64,000 nt of DNA from Bacteroidota bacterium (GTDB lineage: Bacteria; Bacteroidota; Ignavibacteria; SZUA-365). The translations under genes and the position numbers were made by a program. Location of the stretch: positions 208-64,207 of the forward strand of contig DAOSDL010000009.1 of the NCBI GenBank assembly GCA_035362335.1, read 5' to 3'. The notes below the pieces were generated by a model, which saw only the letters and a program-made list of their open reading frames with translations, was not told the origin of the DNA and made no database searches. Shown in pieces: positions 58,708 through 64,000 of the stretch; the stretch's first letter is position 1, and every line of letters starts with the position of its first letter.

Positions 58708-59490
58708 ATGACGCTCACCCTGCTCTCTCCCCTGATCATCGTCGCCGCGGCCGTGCTGATCGTGCTGCTGGAGCGCCGCTTTCCCTATGCGCCAGAACAG
58801 CACTTTTTGCGCGAAGGATTCTGGAACGACCTGCTGCTGTACTCCATCGTACAGAGTTACGTACTCGGTTTGCTGATCAGCGTTGCGTTGACGGCGGTGG
58901 ACAATGCCACCGGACTGTCGCGGGCCCGCATCGTCAGCGATTGGCCGGTATGGACGCAGGTGTTGCTGTTCGTGGTGACGCACGATTTGTACATTTATGG
59001 CTTCCACCGCTGGCAGCATCGCAACAAGCGACTGTGGCGTTTGCACGAGGCGCATCATTCCACCAGGGACGTGGATTGGTTGTCGGGTTCACGCTCGCAC
59101 GCACTGGAGATTGTGATCAATCAAAGCGTGGAATTCGCTCCCATCGTGTTGTTGGGCGCCGCACCGGAGGTGGCGCTGTACAAAGGCATGATCTCCGCCG
59201 TGTGGGGCATGTGGATACATGCCAATGTCAATGTGCGCAGTGGCTGGCTGCAGTTCGTGATCAACGGTCCGGAAATGCACCGTTGGCATCACTCCGACGA
59301 GATCGCCGATGGGTCGTACAACTACGCCACCAAGCTGGCGCTGTGGGATTGGTTGTTCGGAACGGCCCGCCTTCCCGGACGCAAACCCGGCGCCTATGGC
59401 CTCAAGGAAATCGATTTCCCCCGCAACTATCTCCGCCAACATCTTTTCGCCTTCCGTCCTTTCCGCGGCGACGTGTATCTCGATCGCTGA
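58708..59490 (+). CDS. Fatty acid hydroxylase/sterol desaturase superfamily membrane protein
   Basis: Histidine boxes HRWQH, HEAHH, HRWHH. Confidence 0.8.
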   Translation: MTLTLLSPLIIVAAAVLIVLLERRFPYAPEQHFLREGFWNDLLLYSIVQSYVLGLLISVALTAVDNATGLSRARIVSDWPVWTQVLLFVVTHDLYIYGFHRWQHRNKRLWRLHEAHHSTRDVDWLSGSRSHALEIVINQSVEFAPIVLLGAAPEVALYKGMISAVWGMWIHANVNVRSGWLQFVINGPEMHRWHHSDEIADGSYNYATKLALWDWLFGTARLPGRKPGAYGLKEIDFPRNYLRQHLFAFRPFRGDVYLDR

Positions 59491-59630
59491 TGGAGTTTCC
59501 GCCGCCAAGCTGCTCACGCTGGTCATTAGCGTGGAAGCATGGCGGCGATACGACGTTCAGGATAGCAGCGTCCCGCTGGTGAGGTTCATCGCGGACCTCC
59601 GTGCCGGAGTGCTTTCGAAGAAGTGAGCCC

Positions 59631-59930
59631 TCACCCGCCGGCCACGCGCAGCATTTTCGTGTGCGTGCCGCGTTCGGTGTGCAGACGCAGTATGTACACG
59701 CCGCCGGGCATCCCGGCTGTGGAAATGCCGCGCGCGTGCTCGCCCGCCGGCAGCGCCGCGTCCACAACGGTGTGAAGCGTCCGGCCCAGCAGATCGTGTA
59801 TCGTGACACGCGCCCGCCCGGGGCCGGACAACAGGAAGGTCACCGTGGCGTGACGGGGCGCCGGGTCGGGATACGCGCCGCGGAGTTTGTCAACGGGGAG
59901 GACGTAAGGCACACGAACTGAATGCACCAG
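59631..59930 (-). pseudogene. Remnant of a T9SS-substrate gene (CTD only). The 5' part is missing or displaced by the IS1380 insertion.
   Basis: ...TVTFLLSGPGRARVTIHDLLGRTLHTVVDAALPAGEHARGISTAGMPGGVYILRLHTERGTHTKMLRVAGG is a T9SS CTD. The ORF track's run to 61376 is an artefactual antisense read-through of the transposase gene. Confidence 0.45.
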
Positions 59931-60099
59931 AATACCTGCAACATCTAGAAATGTTAAAAATCCATCGCTCTGTCCTGCTCTCATTTTTTGCATTGCATCC
60001 GGTGTTAAAGGATAGTCGTTTGAGTACGTCATGCCCGGAAGTGCGATGGTTCCGTTCTGATAGTATGCATCGCCCAGTGTGGTGTAATCCGACCCTCCA

Positions 60100-61700
60100 T
60101 ATCGTATTCCATACACAAGATTGGAAAAAGAGCTGTCAATTATCCCTGAATCCATGAGTCCCGATTTTTGAGAAGTGCGTTTGAGGCCGTATTTTAGGGG
60201 GTACGCGCCACTTTCCACCTTCCGAACGGTCTCACCTGACAGGTTATGAACATTCGCGTTGAATCCACCTCCTCGACGATCACCAATCACGATGGTTTGT
60301 TTCCGATCGGCGAGTTTTTCAAGAAATCCGATTTCGGAAAGGACATCAACGCCCACTCGTCGGTTGTGGAGCGAAAGAGTGTGCCGAGTGACCGCGACGT
60401 GGTTTTCAGCATGATCGCGCTGTATGTGATCGGCAAGCCCACCTACGAAGCCATCGAGGAGTATCGCTATGACCGGTATTTCCGCGAGGTGCTCGGAATA
60501 CGAAAGATTCCATCGGCCGAAACCCTTCGCCAGCGTATCGAACAGCTTCCCGCAGGTGTGCAGCGGGTGATCCTTCGCTGGAACGCGGAAATCATCAAGG
60601 CCGGGTTTGCCGATGTGGCATCGCAGGGAAGCGCACGGGAGCGGTGGAGCGAAGCGGTGACGGTCGGAGAGAGGCAGTACATGATGGTCGACAGCGATGA
60701 CTCGGTGCTCGACAACTCGAACAGCAACAAGGAAGGCGTGAGCTGGACCTACAAGAAATGCGATGGCTACGGCCCGATGTTCAGCTATATAGGCAGGAGC
60801 GGTTATATGCTCAACAACGAGTTGCGCGAGGGCTCGGCGCACTCGAACTGCCCCGGTACGGTGGAGTATTTCACCGAAACGATCACGTTGGCGAAGACGA
60901 TGACGGATTTTCCGCTGTTGATGGTACTCGACAGCGGGAACGACGCGAAACCCGTGTTGCAGGAAATGCTCTACATCGACAATGTGTTTTTCGCCATCAA
61001 GCGCAATCCCCGCAAGGAACCGACGCAGGAATGGATCGATTACGCCATCGAGCACGCGGAGCATGTGCGCACGGCGAAAGATGGCAGCACGGTATACTAT
61101 GCGACGGAGAAGCGCGATCTGAACTTCGATGACGTCGTCATGCCGGTCCGCGTGGTGCATGTGGCGCGCGAGCGCTTCGCCGATGAGCACGGCCAGATGC
61201 TGCTCGAATCGGAGCGGAGTGTCGAGGGCTACTGGACGAACCTCGACGCGACGGCGACCGAGGTCGAAGAGGTATATCATCAGCACGGAACGAGCGAGCA
61301 ATATCACGCCGAATTGAAAAGCGATCTCGGCGTGGAACGCCTCCCTTCTGGGAAATTTTATGCCAACAAGTTGCACTTGCTGTTCTCCATGATCGGGTTC
61401 AATCTGCTGCGTCGTATGGGAACGAAGTTGCTGTTGACCGGGAAATCGCCCGGCAAGCGCGGCAGACGTCTACGCTTGCGCACGGTTCTCCAGAGTGCGA
61501 TCTATCTCGCCGGCGTTGTGGTCTCGCACGCGGGCCAGTTGATTCTGCGTGTTTGCGAGCACAATGCCTGGACGCCGGCATTTCTCTCGTCTCTCTGAGG
61601 AAGCTCCTCCTCCCGTGTTGAAATAATGCCTTCGCTCCGATCACCGGAGCCGTTCCGGCATGTACATGATCATATTATCCGATATATTCAGCGCATGAAA
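60100..61700 (+). mobile_element. IS1380-family insertion sequence (ends not precisely defined)
   Basis: Transposase ORF plus lower-GC flanks. Terminal inverted repeats could not be confidently identified by eye. Confidence 0.4.
60246..61598 (+). CDS. IS1380-family DDE transposase
   Basis: C-terminal signature YHQHGTSEQYHAELKSDLGVERLPSGKFYANKLHLLFSMIGFNLLR. 450 aa. Confidence 0.8.
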   Translation: MNIRVESTSSTITNHDGLFPIGEFFKKSDFGKDINAHSSVVERKSVPSDRDVVFSMIALYVIGKPTYEAIEEYRYDRYFREVLGIRKIPSAETLRQRIEQLPAGVQRVILRWNAEIIKAGFADVASQGSARERWSEAVTVGERQYMMVDSDDSVLDNSNSNKEGVSWTYKKCDGYGPMFSYIGRSGYMLNNELREGSAHSNCPGTVEYFTETITLAKTMTDFPLLMVLDSGNDAKPVLQEMLYIDNVFFAIKRNPRKEPTQEWIDYAIEHAEHVRTAKDGSTVYYATEKRDLNFDDVVMPVRVVHVARERFADEHGQMLLESERSVEGYWTNLDATATEVEEVYHQHGTSEQYHAELKSDLGVERLPSGKFYANKLHLLFSMIGFNLLRRMGTKLLLTGKSPGKRGRRLRLRTVLQSAIYLAGVVVSHAGQLILRVCEHNAWTPAFLSSL

Positions 61701-61950
61701 TCGTCATAAAAATCGAATCGGTCATGTGAAAGGAACTGGCCATCTCGGAAGTCAATCTCGATTATGTTATTTGGGACGCGCAGATGGAGCTACTCACGGA
61801 TTCAGGCAGCTAGCATGAGTTTGTTGCTGCGCCAAGGTTGCATTTGAAGCCAGCAATAACATCGACAATAATATAGGCAGGCGTTTAATTATTTTCGCGA
61901 TCATAACGTCTCCTTTAAACTTCTGATAAGTACAGTTAGAATCAGAATTC

Positions 61951-63222
61951 TTATTGAGCGAGCGGTTCTTGTATTCCATGAAATACTAGCGACACGATCC
62001 CACCAGAAATTCGTCGCATTCTGGCTAAAACAAAGACATGCCCATCTGAAATATTTATTTGCTTAAATGTCAGATAATCGTTTTCCAATCTCGCAACTTG
62101 TGTGCTTTTCATTCCTTCTACTCGGAATATCTCTCCATCTTCTGTCATGGCAAATAGGTTTGAGTATTGATCCTCAGCCATGGACACTACTGAACTGCCT
62201 TCCCTCAAATCACATATCTCGGAGATCTGGTCGTTAATTACCTGATATATACTGTTACCACCAAATATATATACACTGCCTGAACTACCAAGATAGAATC
62301 GTACATGTTCGCCATTTGATCCTAAGCGCTCATTAAGATTGATACTAAGTATCAACTTATTGAAATATTTATATACATTCCGTAAGCTTCTTCCAGTTGA
62401 CCTCTCGTAGGTTGACACAATCGCATATGTTTCGCTTCGCTCTGTGATTAGAACATCAGATATATAATGTCTCGTTCCTCCTTCGGAATATTTTGCAACG
62501 GGCATTACTACGCTCTCCCAATTAACTCCATTTGAAAGATAAATTGCACCTGAATCCGCACCTAATACGATCTCCCCTTTCGAATTTATAGCACCAGAAT
62601 AAATATGATTGTTCATCTTTACTAAGTTATCAGATCTGTTATTTGTTGCTAAAAAGCCAGTCTCAGTGAGGCTAATTCGTTCTCCTGCTAAGAAATACTC
62701 TGAATTTAATCTTCCAAACACTGAGCTCGGGCTCAGGTCGGATGTGCTCTGGTATCTTTGCTCGATCATTATTGCTCGCCAGGAAGTACCATTATATTCC
62801 CAAACATCCCCACCACGAGAAGAGCAAAAACCCGCAACCACAATCAACGACGGATCATGCCCCCAAAGCTCAGTAAGATCTGTTTGATACGTACCTTGGA
62901 AACTGAGAGTATCACACTCCCATTCCAACTTATCGAATATGCTGATTTTGGCGGTCGATTGAGAAATATCGTCGTTACACCCTCCTATCAATATTCCAAT
63001 CAGAAGACAAGTCACCTGAATAGCATGACGACTCGTTCGCGATACTTTAGTATCAAATAAACGTATTTTGTCCAAAATATATCGAACCCATCTCAACTCT
63101 CGAAGGACTTGCCGGTCAACTTCGTTGATCATATCCTGAATAGCTAAAGCGTATTCTCCGTTGATCAGCCACAGTTTCCGCGAAAAGTTCTGCTTGGACA
63201 TCTTAGACGCTCCACCCGTCAT
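61951..63222 (-). CDS. Hypothetical protein in low-GC island, possibly a lipoprotein with beta-propeller-like repeats
   Basis: Internal ..VTCLLIGILIGGCNDD.. lipobox-like segment. Repeated GxxxxIYxSxxG/W beta-strand-like motifs. ~40% GC vs ~65% surroundings. Confidence 0.4.
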   Translation of the reverse strand: MTGGASKMSKQNFSRKLWLINGEYALAIQDMINEVDRQVLRELRWVRYILDKIRLFDTKVSRTSRHAIQVTCLLIGILIGGCNDDISQSTAKISIFDKLEWECDTLSFQGTYQTDLTELWGHDPSLIVVAGFCSSRGGDVWEYNGTSWRAIMIEQRYQSTSDLSPSSVFGRLNSEYFLAGERISLTETGFLATNNRSDNLVKMNNHIYSGAINSKGEIVLGADSGAIYLSNGVNWESVVMPVAKYSEGGTRHYISDVLITERSETYAIVSTYERSTGRSLRNVYKYFNKLILSINLNERLGSNGEHVRFYLGSSGSVYIFGGNSIYQVINDQISEICDLREGSSVVSMAEDQYSNLFAMTEDGEIFRVEGMKSTQVARLENDYLTFKQINISDGHVFVLARMRRISGGIVSLVFHGIQEPLAQ

Positions 63223-63936
63223 TGTTGATCTGCTTTATTGCACGGTCAGAGAACATAATACCTATTTATATTTTATGGCAATCCCCAGACCCAGAGACCA
63301 CCCCACTCGATCTTCCAGCGATTCTTACATACTGAGGATATCTCCGTTGGTTGATCCACTCCACCCACAGCGAACGGGAAAGAGAGCACATAGCATATAC
63401 TCGACGGATACAAACCGCTATTTCGTACAAATCCCATACTATGCACGCCATGCAGTTTAACACGTATCGAATCCGGCAGATCCTGTCCCCCGGCTTCGAC
63501 TGCCGCCAACATGCCGGACGTCGACACCATCACATTGAGCGATACCAAACACACCGCTATCGTAATCTTCGCATGTCTCGCGAAATATGCGGGTTGATTG
63601 TTCACACGGCCACTCCAAGCTCGGATTGCAGGGGAACGTATTCGTCAGCCGACACACCAGACCCCACGAGATCCGCATATCGCAGCATTACCGTCGATCA
63701 CGTACCGGACTATTGTTCAGGCAGGTCTGGTTGAATGAAACTCGACGATGCGCAAGGATAACATAAAAACACGTCCCTGTCAAGTATAGCCGATGGCTTT
63801 CCGGGCGCAGGAGCCCGCGGCCCTTTGCGACGGAGCAGTCTCCCGCGGCAACGAACGCACGCGCCCCGCCGTGTGCTTGCGGCGGGGCGCGTGCGGGGTG
63901 CAGTGCGGGAATGAATTCGCGCGAAGCGCGACAAGG

Positions 63937-64000
63937 TTATTTCACCTCCACCACCACGCCGGCGGTGTGCGCGGCGAATTCGGGAGCGTACATGCTCTGT
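63937..64000 (-). CDS. 3' end of an unidentified gene (partial)
   Basis: Reads ...MYAPEFAAHTAGVVVEVK* in high-GC sequence running off the window. Confidence 0.25.
   Translation of the reverse strand, partial: QSMYAPEFAAHTAGVVVEVK

Noticed and set aside
59931-61376. Full 581-aa minus-strand ORF as an intact T9SS protein
   Set aside because: Most of it is antisense to the IS1380 transposase gene. Only the C-terminal ~85 aa (CTD) look genuine, and there is no signal peptide.

Overview
High-GC (~65%) bacterial chromosome segment. Six proteins carrying type IX secretion system C-terminal sorting domains (T9SS CTDs) point to the FCB group (Bacteroidota/Rhodothermota/Ignavibacteriota-like). Most of the window is ordinary housekeeping. 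There is a minus-strand nuoABCDEF block (complex I subunits) and a minus-strand run ending in dnaG (dnaG, a T9SS substrate, pyrG, cdsA, a zinc-ribbon protein, a CPBP protease, a DHS-like gene). There is also an arsR–acr3–arsC/arsM arsenic operon and a ~10-kb sugar-biosynthesis cluster (NeuB-like synthase, KdsC-like phosphatase, SpsF-like cytidylyltransferase, split transketolase, class-III aminotransferase). The cell-surface genes are a 1,756-aa VWA/DUF11-repeat adhesin and an FG-GAP/ASPIC protein.

The unexplained signal is two non-coding tandem arrays at 1246-2360 and 13665-14270. They have CRISPR-like ~58-bp periodicity and a conserved 22-bp core containing the near-palindrome TATTCA(G/C)TGAATA. 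The ~36-bp 'spacers' recur in about five families and there are no cas genes, so canonical CRISPR is rejected. Array 1 is bracketed by two direct copies of a ~260-bp TIR-bearing MITE-like element. Array 2 lies just downstream of an IS200/RAYT-like gene that keeps the catalytic-Tyr region but has lost the HuH histidines. Other mobile or foreign DNA is an IS1380-family transposase next to a truncated T9SS-CTD gene, and a ~2-kb low-GC island at the 3' end. All calls rest on reading the sequence and ORF translations by eye. No database searches were run, so family names are motif-based inferences.
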